A DNA stretch of 63,873 nucleotides, filler included, from Octopus bimaculoides (taxonomy: Eukaryota): assembly GCF_001194135.2 (NCBI RefSeq). It is 6 parts of 6 records of this genome, joined end to end, with 100 filler letters (N's around TTAATTAATTAA, not from the genome) between each part and the next. Parts side by side here need not be neighbours in the genome. Positions count along the whole stretch, not along the records: positions 21,614 to 37,643 come from NC_069000.1; 5 more parts are not named here. One strand, 5' to 3'. Both the position numbers and the translations under genes were made by a program. The stretch's first letter is position 1; each line of letters begins with the position of its first letter. The notes under the pieces were generated by a model, which was not told the DNA's origin, searched no databases, and worked only from the letters and a program-made list of their open reading frames with translations. This document shows, piece by piece, positions 24,825 through 37,743 of the stretch.

Positions 24825-25094
24825 AAAATCTTTAAACAGAGTCACGTGGTGTTGTTGCTTAACCCGTGGTCTCCTCTGATCGATAATCAAAAACATTCTA
24901 GTTATGACTATCCCGTCTTTTGACTTGGCACATTTCGCTGTGGTTACATTATCCAGTGTGCTCTTTGCCAAGAACTCAGGCTGCGATTTGAAGGAACTTT
25001 GCTGTTATTTCAACCGGGCCGTGCCGCAGCATAGGAGCTCCATCATTGGTTTGTACGCTGACAGTAAGCTTGAACCTGTGATCAATGATGATGT
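24825..25094 (-). other. Candidate spliced exon (UTR or partly coding)
   Basis: ttcgttttcgctacag| acceptor and GATTTT|gtgagt donor. No frame is open end to end. The 3' part reads ...MFLIIDQRRPRVKQQHHVTLFKDF. Confidence 0.3.
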
Positions 25095-25557
25095 CTGTAG
25101 CGAAAACGAATCAAAATAACTTCAATCGATCTGTCAGAATTAGTAGTCAAATCTTCACGTCCCTCAAATTTTTCTTAAAATGTGGGCACATTTAATAGTG
25201 TTCTTCAGGGTACACTGCGTCTGAAAAAAGTCGAAATGGTCACGAGTGGATTGCCTTTGATCATAAGTCTGTTCGATCAACACCGACGTTGGCCTAACTC
25301 ACACCAACGAAGAGAACTTCGACGACGACGACGGTGACAATAACAAAAACAACATTGTGGCCAAGAGTGAGAAATGCAAAGACAAGTAAAAAGGAGTAGA
25401 CTTTGGGTTGAGTAGTGGTTAGACAGGAGGTGCAAAGATTTTAATAGCCGGTTTACTGACTCTTAAATCTCGCACGTTAGAATCGACGTGCTAACGTTTC
25501 TGCCAGCGTTTCTGCGTCAGTAGACGTCATCACATAGCGTTTTTCAATCATCACACA

Positions 25558-25633
<76 letters not shown>

Positions 25634-25679
25634 ATTACAAAATCTCTGTAAGAGATGAAAGTAATAATTGTACTGGCAA

Positions 25680-25900
25680 GTAAGGCGGCGAGCTGGCAGA
25701 AATGTTAGCACGCCGGGCGAAATGCTTAGCGGTATTTCGTCTGTCTTTACGTTCTGAGTTCAAATTCCACCGAGGTCAACTTTGCCTTTATCCTTTCGGG
25801 GTCGATAAATTAAGTACCAGTTGTGTACTGGGGTAGATCTAATCGACTGGCCCCCTCCCCAAAAAGTTTGGGCCTTGTGCCGAGAGTAGAAAAGAATAAC
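25680..25900 (+). mobile_element. SINE family 2 (tail type b)
   Basis: Same head and core, tail cgactggccccctcccc...gggccttgtgccgagagtagaaa. Further copies at about 22380-22610(-), 31382-31530, 52543-52745, 55330-55790 (tandem pair) and 44620-44790(-). Confidence 0.8.
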
Positions 25901-26399
25901 TGTACTGGCAAGTTTGTCAGTAGCAACTGGAAAGTTTGTAAAGTTTGTCGCCGCTTCAACATGGCTGTTCCGTACGATCGGACGTTATTGCAATTTTTTA
26001 ACCCCAAGACGACATTTCCTCTAGCTGGTTAACAATGCAACCTGCGTCCGATATATTGCAAGCAGGAGAGCGAACCCCAACCACTTTCTAGCGACCGGAT
26101 TATTTTTGTCCATCCTCAGTGCTGGACACCTTGTCTGTTAGAGATGAATTTTTTATTACGATAAATATTATCATACGTAGAGGGGACAAAACAGAACAAT
26201 ACAACAACCGTTTGGAATTGCGCTTCTACCATTGCACTTCACTTCCATGGCCAACGCAGGTTATTTGGTTCCATACTGGGGACAAGCATCTTTCTACGGC
26301 ATCATATTTTGCGTTCATAATTCGTTTCTCCTTTAGATTGTAAATTTTGTAAACGACATTTCTCGCGTTTAACGCTTGCACTGTCTCTGGAGGAGGCAG

Positions 26400-27185
26400 T
26401 AGTTCCGTATCGCTACCGTTTTTTTTTTAAATCAAGCTGCGGAGCTTAAACAATTTGTTCCATTTTCACTTCCATTTCCGTCATAATGCCGTCCACCGCA
26501 GCAGAAAAACTTCATCTTTCCTTTGCCTGTTTTTCAATTTCACTGCTATTATCCTTTCCCATTGCAGGAAAACCTTTTTTAGATGTAATATTAAATTCCA
26601 TCGTAAACGTGTTATTACTTTGCCAAAAATGACAAACAAATTCAATACCTAGTAATGGGTAAAGTAAAAGACAGTTCAGCAATAATTTTTTTTCACAATA
26701 AATTCCAAAACAGAAACAAAATTCTGTTGGTGGGAAATTTCGAGGTCCCCACCACCCATCCCACCTTTCTTTTCCGTCGTTTTATCAAGCTGGATCACGA
26801 AAAAGTTAAAAAGCGAATTAGGAATCTTCGAGACCATCTACGACAGAATGTTATCAAACAACTCAGTTATTCGTCCTCTAACAGTATCGTTTGAGAGAGA
26901 CATGCTTCAGCTTCTGAAGTTTAAAACTTTCCTTTCAGAACTTTGCGGCAAGGCAATATCAACTCTTCGCCGATATTTTGGGACGTTTTAGCAACAACTA
27001 TTTTCCTTGAAACCTCGTAGGATGCTTCCAAAGCAACTGTAATAACCAGCGAAAACATTCTTCTGTGAATTGATAACCGTTGGGAAGACAGTTCTGTCGG
27101 AACAAGTTCACAATACTTCAGCGTCCCCCCAAAATCGCTTCGCGGTCCCCTAGGAAATCACGAACCTGAGTTTGAGAATCACTGC
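26400..27185 (-). mobile_element. hAT (Charlie/Buster-like) transposase fossil with one terminus
   Basis: ALEASYEVSRKIVVAKTSQNIGEELILPC, SLSNDTV, IQLDKTT. The terminus CAGTGATTCTCAAAC lies on the minus strand at about 27170-27185. Confidence 0.7.
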
Positions 27186-27239
27186 GTTAGATGAATCTAG
27201 GATAGAGGGAAACCTAATTAGGAAGCTAGAGGAGACACT

Positions 27240-28770
27240 TTAGAGAGGCATAGCTACCGATCTGTTGACGGCAAGATTGGCTCTTGATAGAATCTTCAAT
27301 GTTAAGCGTGAAAGTTGCGTTGCCAGAGCTAGGGCGTGTGCACGAAGACATGAAGGATTGGCCCTGCGAAATGTCGATAACAGCCAACGACACACGGGAC
27401 GCGATGATTACTTGCACAAGGGAGAAGTCTCGGGGCTAGATGGTCTGGCCTTCGGGTTTTATCGTCATATGCGAGACTTGTTGGGTGATCTCTTGGCTGA
27501 TGTTTACCACAACTGGCAGCAAAACAAAGGACCCGAACAAGAGGGGCCAAATAGATAATTTTAGGGGGACCAAATAGATAATCTGCGTTCAACAGAGGTT
27601 GAACGCAGATTACATGATTTTGGCCAAAGTGTTAGCCAGGATGGCGCTTGTCATCGATAAACTGTGCTATCCCAAACAGATCTATCCACAACCGCCAACT
27701 CACACGTTACATCAGAGGGTAGGTAAAGAACCTGGCATGAGTGGGGTCCTGGTCAATTTGGATCCAATACTTGGAGGTTGTCCTCGCAGTGACTGGTTTC
27801 GGTCCCGTTTACAGAGGTTGGATCACTGCAATGTACAACGACGTCTGTTCGCTGGCTAAAATAAATGGTCACCTATCGGAAAAGATCTGGAGGGAGGAGA
27901 CAAGCAGAGTGGCCAGTGTCACCAGGAATTGGTCAAAGAGGAAGCTGTTCCTGAAGAGTCGGTTGGAGGTGGCAAATGCACACATCACTTCCATCATCTA
28001 CTACCGCTTGACTGTTGCCCGCCCTATTTCGTGGCAGATGAAAACGGAGCAGTCGATCTTCCGCTTTCTGTGAAAGGGATGTCCCTTTCACAGACAGTCT
28101 ATTTGCTGTCAACAGCCACTGAATGGAAGACTAGGGATGCCGTGGCTACCGGTGCGCAGACATGAGCTGAGGCTGCGAGATCTCCAGCTTTTCATTAACG
28201 GGCACTGTTTGTTAGACAAGATTTACTGCAGCTCGCCTCATTGACGGAGCTATAGCTCTCAATCAAGCGTAGACCAAGAAAGGGCGCTTGGCTCATGGAA
28301 TGTCGGTAAGCGCTCACAGCCTTCTTCCAGTCGTGGGATTAGTGGCGAGCAAGAGCGATGAGGTCCTCACGAACCTCTGGGCGTTGGGAGAGATCAATTA
28401 GCTCGTTTTTTTCCCGGGGGATTTTTGGGCCGGGACCTATTAATAATTACCAGAAACCCCTAGCCTGCTAGTGCCACTGGAGAACTCTGCCGGTTCGAGA
28501 GGTAGGAAAGTGTTGTCAGACTGACCCATCCGAGATGTGCGCAGGGCGAGGAAACCGTTTTGCATGCATTCATCCATTGTCCAGGCATTAATGAATTATG
28601 AACTTTGTCGAACAGCTGTTGACGTGTGTAGGACGGAGCCAGTTATCAGCCGAGTCCATCGCGAGGGTCGTCCCACCGCCTTCTTTTTACTGGGAAGGAA
28701 AGGCAGTTTTCCTCTACCTGGTGGCTATAGTGAAACAAGTAGTTGGGTGAAAGTGGTTGAAATGACTGAA
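27240..28770 (+). mobile_element. Decayed Tx1/L1-clade LINE ORF2 (RT)
   Basis: Fragmented frames: GLDGLAFGFYRHMRDLLGDLLADVYHNWQQ, LNADYMILAKVLAR, FGPVYRGWITAMY, ANAHITSIIYYRLTV. Many stops and frameshifts. Confidence 0.75.
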
Positions 28771-28798
28771 AACAGATACTACCCCATTATTATTATTA

Positions 28799-28856
<58 letters not shown>

Positions 28857-28876
28857 TATTATTATTGTTGTTGTTG

Positions 28877-28930
<54 letters not shown>

Positions 28931-29551
28931 NNNNNNNNNNNNNNNNNNNNNNNNNNNNNNNNNNNNNNNNNNNNNNNNNNNNNNNNNNNNNNNNNNNNNN
29001 NNNNNNNNNNNNNNNNNNNNNNNNNNNNNNNNNNNNNNNNNNNNNNNNNNNNNNNNNNNNNNNNNNNNNNNNNNNNNNNNNNNNNNNNNNNNNNNNNNNN
29101 NNNNNNNNNNNNNNNNNNNNNNNNNNNNNNNNNNNNNNNNNNNNNNNNNNNNNNNNNNNNNNNNNNNNNNNNNNNNNNNNNNNNNNNNNNNNNNNNNNNN
29201 NNNNNNNNNNNNNNNNNNNNNNNNNNNNNNNNNNNNNNNNNNNNNNNNNNNNNNNNNNNNNNNNNNNNNNNNNNNNNNNNNNNNNNNNNNNNNNNNNNNN
29301 NNNNNNNNNNNNNNNNNNNNNNNNNNNNNNNNNNNNNNNNNNNNNNNNNNNNNNNNNNNNNNNNNNNNNNNNNNNNNNNNNNNNNNNNNNNNNNNNNNNN
29401 NNNNNNNNNNNNNNNNNNNNNNNNNNNNNNNNNNNNNNNNNNNNNNNNNNNNNNNNNNNNNNNNNNNNNNNNNNNNNNNNNNNNNNNNNNNNNNNNNNNN
29501 NNNNNNNNNNNNNNNNNNNNNNNNNNNNNNNNNNNNNNNNNNNNNNNNNNN

Positions 29552-29603
<52 letters not shown>

Positions 29604-30167
29604 GTGTAGGAGAGCAGTGCATGCTATCAAAGTGACACTGGGGTAAAATATACGAAGCCCATTATACCCATCATGACTACCCGTCTGATAAGGGTACACC
29701 AGGCACATGCATCACAACCATATGTACGCGACACACGGTAATCTCATTTCAAGATAAACAGCACATGACCTTGCAGGTGGGGCCCAGTTAGAATTTTCTT
29801 CAGGTCGAGTAGCCCATCCTGCTCAGAAGGTCCCTGAATAAGGTTCGTTTAAGGATGTTGAGCAAAACACCCATGTTTCCAAAGGTGAATTATTAAAACC
29901 CCAAAGAATTCCTCTCAACACATGGCTATGATATTCCCCCACTATTTCTGCTCAAGATCAGAGATGCACATATCGCCGGCCGCCAAGGGACATGCTCAAC
30001 TGGTTAAGGTCAAACAACTGACAAGTAAATCTGTGGTATTGAGCAGAATATTTGCTGTAGCCCATCTTTTATACCAAGACAAAACAATGTACATGATAAC
30101 ACTTCCAATCAGTTAAGATCAGAAGCCATGAGAGCCACTGCCTGGTACTGCATCCGGGCATTTGTTA

Positions 30168-30237
<70 letters not shown>

Positions 30238-30239
30238 GT

Positions 30240-31175
30240 TAAAGAAGTGATTTTTTTAAATTCTCAATCGCAGAACAATTCTAATAATATAGCCTGAACA
30301 GGATAAACTACGCTTAGCTTTTTCTGTGCATGTTTCCAGTACGTCTAATTCTGGGATTTGTTGTATTTGGAATTCACTTAGATATTCCTTTGCCTGTTTT
30401 GTTACTGAATATGATACTTTCTTGTTTTCGTGTTTTGAGACAAGTTTTAACATCCAGTCATCAGAGTTTTTCAGGTAGGTGTTTAGGCCAATTGTGGCAA
30501 TCTTCATTGTTAATTCCAGTTGTAAAAGTACTCGGCCTCCCTCTTTTCTTGGTCGGTAAAGTCGTTCTGTATCTGCCTTAGGGCGGTGCATTCTATGCAT
30601 TGTCAACAATTTTGGTATTTTTCTGTCAAGATTACTTATTTCAGTAATTGACCAGTTAATGATATTGAAACTGTAAGCCACGACAGGTATGGCTAAAGTA
30701 TTTATTGCTCCGATCCCATTTCTTGCATTCAGCTCTGTCTTGAGTATTGCCCTTACCCCGCGATAACATTCTCTTCTGATCCTTTCCCTCGTCACTGAAT
30801 GTTTGATTCCGTCCCTTCAAATATCCCAAGGTATTTATAGCTCTCCGCTGGTTCTAATTCCTTTATGACATTCTGCTGATCAAGAGTAACATTGGATGTT
30901 TCTGTCATTTTTCCCTTGATAAAGGTAGCTTTTGCACATTTATCGAGGCAAAATTGCATCCTGATGTCATCATTGAATTGTTTAACAATCGCTAGTAAAC
31001 CCTGTAGTTGTTGGTCAGTTTTTGAAAAGAGCTTTAAATCATCCATGTAAATGAGATGATTTATATTTTTATCAAACATTTTATAACCGTATTGTACATC
31101 ATTGAGCAATTTCGAGAAAGGTATTAAGGCTAGGCAAAACAGGAGTGCTGATAGATTCACCCTGGAAAATGCCAC
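30240..31175 (-). mobile_element. R4/Dong-like non-LTR retrotransposon RT fragment
   Basis: NHLIYMDDLKLF, LDKCAK, YKYLG, AINTLAIPVVAYSF, TERLYRPRKEGGR. One frameshift near 30795. Abuts an (ATT)n tract. Confidence 0.85.
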
Positions 31176-31182
31176 ATGTAAT

Positions 31183-31319
31183 TCTTCTTCTTCTTCTTCT
31201 TCTTCTTCTTCTTCTTCTTCTTCTTCTTCTTCTTCTTCTTCTTCTTCTTCTTCTTCTTCTTCTTCTTCTTCTTCTTCTTCTTCTTCTTCTTCTTCTTCTT
31301 CTTCTTCTTCTTCTTCTTC

Positions 31320-31381
<62 letters not shown>
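31183..31381. repeat. Compound (TTC)n(TAT)n microsatellite
   Basis: Direct reading. Other long pure tracts: (ATT)n 28787-29602, (CAT)n 52447-52530, (TG)n 53894-53976. Confidence 0.95.
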
Positions 31382-32689
31382 GGCGAGCTGGCAGAATCGT
31401 CAGCACGCCAGAAAAAATGCTTAGCGACATTTCGTCCGTGTTTATGTTTTGAGTTTGCCTTTCATCCTTCGGGATCGATTTAATCGACTTGGCCCCTCCG
31501 CCAAACCTACTGGCCTTGTGCTTTCTACTTTGCCGTCTAGTTCCCAATCAGTAAAATGAGATTATGCTTTCCGGAAATCACCCGAAAATAAAGTACACTG
31601 GCGTAAGTAAAACCGCCAAAAGAAAATCACTGTTCCCCAAAATAAATATTCATTAACATTTAAACAAATTGAAGACAGTGAAAATAGTGATATTTCATCA
31701 AAAATGAAACATCATGACGTTTGTCAGCAACTACAGCAACAAATACAGTGATTGCATAACATTTCATATAAAACCACCACCGACAACAATAAATATGCAT
31801 CTACTTTGTCAAAAGAAAGTAGTGTGAACATTGTCTATGCTCTAACTTTTACTAGCGCACTTTCGAACAAGAATATGCTAAATATGAAAAATTATGGTGA
31901 ATGGACCATGATGATTAGTAGCATTTTTCGCACAAGACAGTCACCAGCATACCGAAATCTTTCTCACACTGAGGAGTCGGGCAACATGTCTGTGCTTTGT
32001 CAAGGCTACCGGTGCTTTTCTGGTTCCGACGCGGTGGACATTTTAAGTGTAATTTCCTTTATTGGGAGAAGCAGGATGTATGGTATCATATGTGCCATTT
32101 TTGAAATAAGGGACTTGGCAAAAGTTCAAGCCCAAATTCAACGAGATTCATACATGCATACATACATGCATACATACATACGTACATATATACACACATA
32201 CATACATACGTATATACGTGCGTACGACGTATGTATGTATGTATGTATGTATGTATGTATGTATGTATGTATCAGGCTGAGTAAAAAGTAAGCAACGTTT
32301 GGAAACATGAAATTCATCACAATATATTTCAATAATGCGGAAATTTTATTCATCAAAGTAAGTACCATTACAACCAACACGTTTTTGCCAATAAGTTACA
32401 ATTGTTGGAGGTGGATTAACACAACTGGTCAGTGACTGCTTTCAAAACAGGTGGTGAAACGAAAAAAGAGCCAGGGGATTAGGATAGGAGTTATACCACT
32501 TGGTTGGGTATACTGTGAGGCCGGTAAGAGTTATCTTAAAGCGTTTGTGGGGGAAGTGTGCATTATTAAATGTGACGAGGCGTGGCTGTGTAGTAAGAAG
32601 CTTGATTCTCAACCACATGATTCCAGGCTCTGGTCGACCCAAGCTTTGTGAGTAGATTTGGCAGATAGAGACAGAAAGAAGCCCGTCGC

Positions 32690-32723
<34 letters not shown>

Positions 32724-34127
32724 NNNNNNNNNNNNNNNNNNNNNNNNNNNNNNNNNNNNNNNNNNNNNNNNNNNNNNNNNNNNNNNNNNNNNNNNNNNNN
32801 NNNNNNNNNNNNNNNNNNNNNNNTTTGTTCCCTCTATGTTGAGCCCTGTGTGGCTAATAAAGAAACATATCTAACTATATATCTATCTATCTATCTATGT
32901 CTGTCTAACCCTCTGCTGTCTATCTTTTTTCTTCTCTCTTTTTCTCGATATTTTGGTTCTTCGTTCATTTCGCTGTCCCTCTCTTACTCTTCGTCCCTTC
33001 CCCATTCTCTCTTTTTCTCTCAAAGTCTTTCTTACTCATTGACTAAAGTCACACACGAAAATGGATGTGCTCTCTGTCTGTCTGTCTGTCTGTCTCTCCC
33101 TCCCTCTCTCTCTCTCTCTGTCTCTCTTTCACACACTCTTTCACAACCCCCATTACACACCTAAACAATTCCATTTATTTTAACCTTGGTCTTTAGTTAT
33201 CTGCTTGTCTTCCCTCCATCTACCTACCTACCTACCTACCTACCTACCTACCTACCTACTTACCGCTTTCTCCCTCCCCTCTTTTCACCATCAATTTAAA
33301 CACCTGAAAAAAGGATGAAAGAGGCCGCAAAACTTTCAATGTTGAACCCCTTATATCCACTCCCAAACAGGCAAACTTTTAGTGCACATGTACCACTGAA
33401 GTCCCTCCACATAGATATACACATAAAAGGTTTAGTGCCCTTGTCCCACTTAACTCCCGTGTCTTTTTGCTCTCAGTCAAGATTACAGAACTGTCTCATT
33501 TTTCATTATCAGCCAAAGCCCCACCTCCAGAGTATATATANNNNNNNNNNNNNNNNNNNNNNNNNNNNNNNNNNNNNNNNNNNNNNNNNNNNNNNNNNNN
33601 NNNNNNNNNNNNNNNNNNNNNNNNNNNNNNNNNNNNNNNNNNNNNNNNNNNNNNNNNNNNNNNNNNNNNNNNNNNNNNNNNNNNNNNNNNNNNNNNNNNN
33701 NNNNNNNNNNNNNNNNNNNNNNNNNNNNNNNNNNNNNNNNNNNNNNNNNNNNNNNNNNNNNNNNNNNNNNNNNNNNNNNNNNNNNNNNNNNNNNNNNNNN
33801 NNNNNNNNNNNNNNNNNNNNNNNNNNNNNNNNNNNNNNNNNNNNNNNNAACTAGTACGTTACGGAGGTGTAAACGGACCAACACCGGTTATCAAGGAGTG
33901 GTGGGGGGTCAAACAGACAGACGCTCGCGCGCGCACACACGCATTTACATACCGCGGGCTTCTTTCAGTTTCCGCCTACCAAATCTATTCACAAGGCCCG
34001 AGGCTATAGTAAAAGACACTTGCTCAAGATGACACGAGGTGGGATTGAACCTGGAACAATATAGTGGGGAAGCAAATTTATTACCACACAGTCACGCCTG
34101 CGCCAATATATAATAACGATAAGTGTT

Positions 34128-34158
<31 letters not shown>

Positions 34159-34211
34159 CTGTTGTAGTAGTAGTAGTAGTAGTAGCAGCAGAAATACATA
34201 TATATATATAT

Positions 34212-34592
34212 ACTCTTTTACTTGTTTCAGTCATTTGACTGTGGCCATGCTGGAGCACCGCCTTTAGTCGAGCAAATCGACCCCAGGACTTATTCTTTGT
34301 AAGCTTAGTACTTATTCTATCGGTCCCTTTTGCCGAACCGCTATTTTACGAGCACGTAAACACACCACCATCGGTTGTCAAGCGATGTTGGGGAGACAAA
34401 CACACACACAAACATACACACACACATACATATACATATATACGACGGGCTTCTTTCAGTTTCCGTCTACCAAATCCACTCAGAAGGCTTTGGTCGGCCC
34501 GAGGCTATAGTAGAAGACACTTGCCCAAGGTGCCACGCAGTGGGACCGAACCCGAACCATGTGGTTGGTAAGCAAGCTACTTACCACACAGC
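34212..34592 (-). mobile_element. SINE family 1 copy
   Basis: Reverse complement of the family-1 consensus. A degraded copy is adjacent at about 33850-34105. Confidence 0.85.
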
Positions 34593-34813
34593 CACTCTTA
34601 ATATATATAATTATACATCCAGACAGCTATATAAAGAAACAAACAGAAGAAAGAGAGAGAGGGAGAAAGAGAGAGAGAAGGAGAGACAGAGAAAGAGAGG
34701 GAGAAAAAGAGAGAGAGAGAGAGAGGCGAGACAGATAAAGTGATTGGTAGGTAATATAAGGGGCCCAACTACTATATTTGAAGAGACCCCGAAACATGTG
34801 AAATGTGACTCAC

Positions 34814-34834
34814 GTGTGTTACGTGTTCAGAACC
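34814..34834 (-). CDS. Candidate 21-nt microexon (GSEHVTH)
   Basis: ccccttttcattacag|GGTTCTGAACACGTAACACAC|gtgagt. Symmetric, and the other two frames contain stops. Confidence 0.3.
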
Positions 34835-34927
34835 CTGTAATGAAAAGGGGGTTAATAGTACAAAAATTTTCCACCCAATTGTTTAGTGTGTCTGCTGCTA
34901 CTACTCCCTCCTCTTTTGTTGCTGCTG

Positions 34928-35035
<108 letters not shown>

Positions 35036-37512
35036 TGACCACTACCGTTAAACCATCACNNNNNNNNNNNNNNNNNNNNNNNNNNNNNNNNNNNNNNNNN
35101 NNNNNNNNNNNNNNNNNNNNNNNNNNNNNNNNNNNNNNNNNNNNNNNNNNNNNNNNNNNNNNNNNNNNNNNNNNNNNNNNNNNNNNNNNNNNNNNNNNNN
35201 NNNNNNNNNNNNNNNNNNNNNNNNNNNNNNNNNNNNNNNNNNNNNNNNNNNNNNNNNNNNNNNNNNNNNNNNNNNNNNNNNNNNNNNNNNNNNNNNNNNN
35301 NNNNNNNNNNNNNNNNNNNNNNNNNNNNNNNNNNNNNNNNNNNNNNNNNNNNNNNNNNNNNNNNNNNNNNNNNNNNNNNNNNNNNNNNNNNNNNNNNNNN
35401 NNNNNNNNNNNNNNNNNNNNNNNNNNNNNNNNNNNNNNNNNNNNNNNNNNNNNNNNNNNNNNNNNNNNNNNNNNNNNNNNNNNNNNNNNNNNNNNNNNNN
35501 NNNNNNNNNNNNNNNNNNNNNNNNNNNNNNNNNNNNNNNNNNNNNNNNNNNNNNGTGACAAAGCAGACCCTTTGAATTACAGGCACAACAGAAGCAGGAA
35601 GTAAGAGTGAGAGAAAGTTGTGGTGAAAGAGTACAGCAGGAGCCTCGTGGAGCTTTAGGTGTTTTCGCTCAATAAACACTCACAACGCCCGGTCTGGGAA
35701 TCGAAACCGCGATCCTATGACCACGAGTCCGCTGCCCTAACCACTGATTACAGAGTTTTAACTCTTGAGAAATTTGACTTGCAGAGGCAGAGTTTCTCAT
35801 AGCGGAAGCGTTGGTGAAACAGAATCTCCTTAGTGAGGTCGAGGATTTGTGAAGATTGAAAAATGGTCCGGACAAGTAGCCATAATATAATTAAACTACG
35901 TATATATATTGTCCTTTCTGCTCTCAAACTTATTCCAACTCTACTGACTCTGAGAACCTCTGTACCGAGGTGCTAACGATTCTGCCAGCTTGTCGCCTTG
36001 CTGTGCCAACACATTTAAACGTTCAGAAACTTCAGCCAACAATGGAATATTTAATTATTCAGTAATTTAGCCTATCAAGGAAGCAGTTAGTTACAAATAA
36101 CTCGTTAGACTCTTTACCCTACATATATATCTAAACGCTTAAGGCGTGTCCCCAAATGTCACACTAAACGAAACGGCACATACAGACTCATGCGATGTCA
36201 TATTAGAGCATAAATAGTGACCAGAGCTCTAATGGTTATTTCTAATATGATTAAAACACGTACGAGATGATGGAGATCGCCAAATGATTGAACAATCTAA
36301 AAGACTCGCTGTCGTACCTTCCAAGAACTTTATATCTTTAGACACTTGACATATTGTTACCTAGAAGATAAGTTTGTTTACGATGTAATGTTCTTATAAA
36401 ATTATGAAGCATATTAAATTGATAAATTTTAATCACGAGTACAAGTCATGAATTCGCATGAAAAACAGCTGCGATAAATAAGATAAAAGAGATTATTCCT
36501 GGGATAGGCAATTCTCTCTGCCTTAATGCCGCGCTCTCAGTCAGCGTCATTATTAGTGCTAAACTTGTCAACGATTTTCGTGATCCTGGTGATGCTCTTA
36601 TTTAGGAATTCCCTTGTAATAATTCTTTCTGGTGTTATTGACTTTACTGTAGGGTCTTCCATCTAATTCTGAATATGTTGCCGTGCCAACTCTCGTGGTT
36701 CTTCAACACTAAACTCTTACTACCAACTTCTTCAAGTCGTCTACATTGGCATTTTGCATTCTTCCTTCATTGACCACTTCAAAGATGTCGTTGATGACTG
36801 CTCGTACTATTTTTATTTTCAAATTCCAAAAATTCATTGAAGCTTTGTTTATGCAGTTGTCAATTACTTCGTTTCAGACTGTTATCAAAATATAATCTTT
36901 ACCTTTCATGATATAGTAGGTTTTCTCTGATAGATTGCTTATTTTGGTCATCTTCAGGAAGTCGTGTAATAGTACAACGAAACAAAGAATACTCTCCCCA
37001 TCTATAAGTTGTAATAAGGAATTAGTGTTTTATTGTGGGTAATCTATTTCGATTAGTAATGCATGTCTCAAGGCTGTTGAAATTCTGAGTGGCGGGTCCG
37101 AGCACCATCACTCACCACAAATACTCAAGGTTTATGGTTATGTTCTTCGCAATATCTTTTCGCTTCTGTACAAAATCTGTCTTATATTCCTCAGCATTAG
37201 TCGTGGTGCTTCTGAATGATAAAAGAGCATTAGCTTTAGTTTGAAGTTACTTGGAGCAACTGATGTTTATATCTCTCGTGAGACACTGACAAACTGAGAC
37301 ATGCATGTATAGATGGAAACTATGTGCGTATTTCTGTACACCACTATAAAACGGTGGATAGAGTTGCGTTCATTAACAACCAAACGTGTCTTGCCCAAAC
37401 GTAAGAGATCGGCGTGGCATCTTGGAAAAGTGTTTTCTACTATAGTGTCGGGCCGACTAAAGCCTTGTGAGTTGACTTGGTAGATGGAAACTGAGAGAAG
37501 CCCGTAGTATAT

Positions 37513-37573
<61 letters not shown>

Positions 37574-37605
37574 TACATACACACACACATACATACATAC
37601 ATACA

Positions 37606-37641
<36 letters not shown>

Positions 37642-37643
37642 TA

Positions 37644-37743
37644 NNNNNNNNNNNNNNNNNNNNNNNNNNNNNNNNNNNNNNNNNNNNTTAATTAATTAAN
37701 NNNNNNNNNNNNNNNNNNNNNNNNNNNNNNNNNNNNNNNNNNN
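37644..37743. other. Artificial assembly spacer
   Basis: N44-TTAATTAATTAA-N44. Confidence 0.95.
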
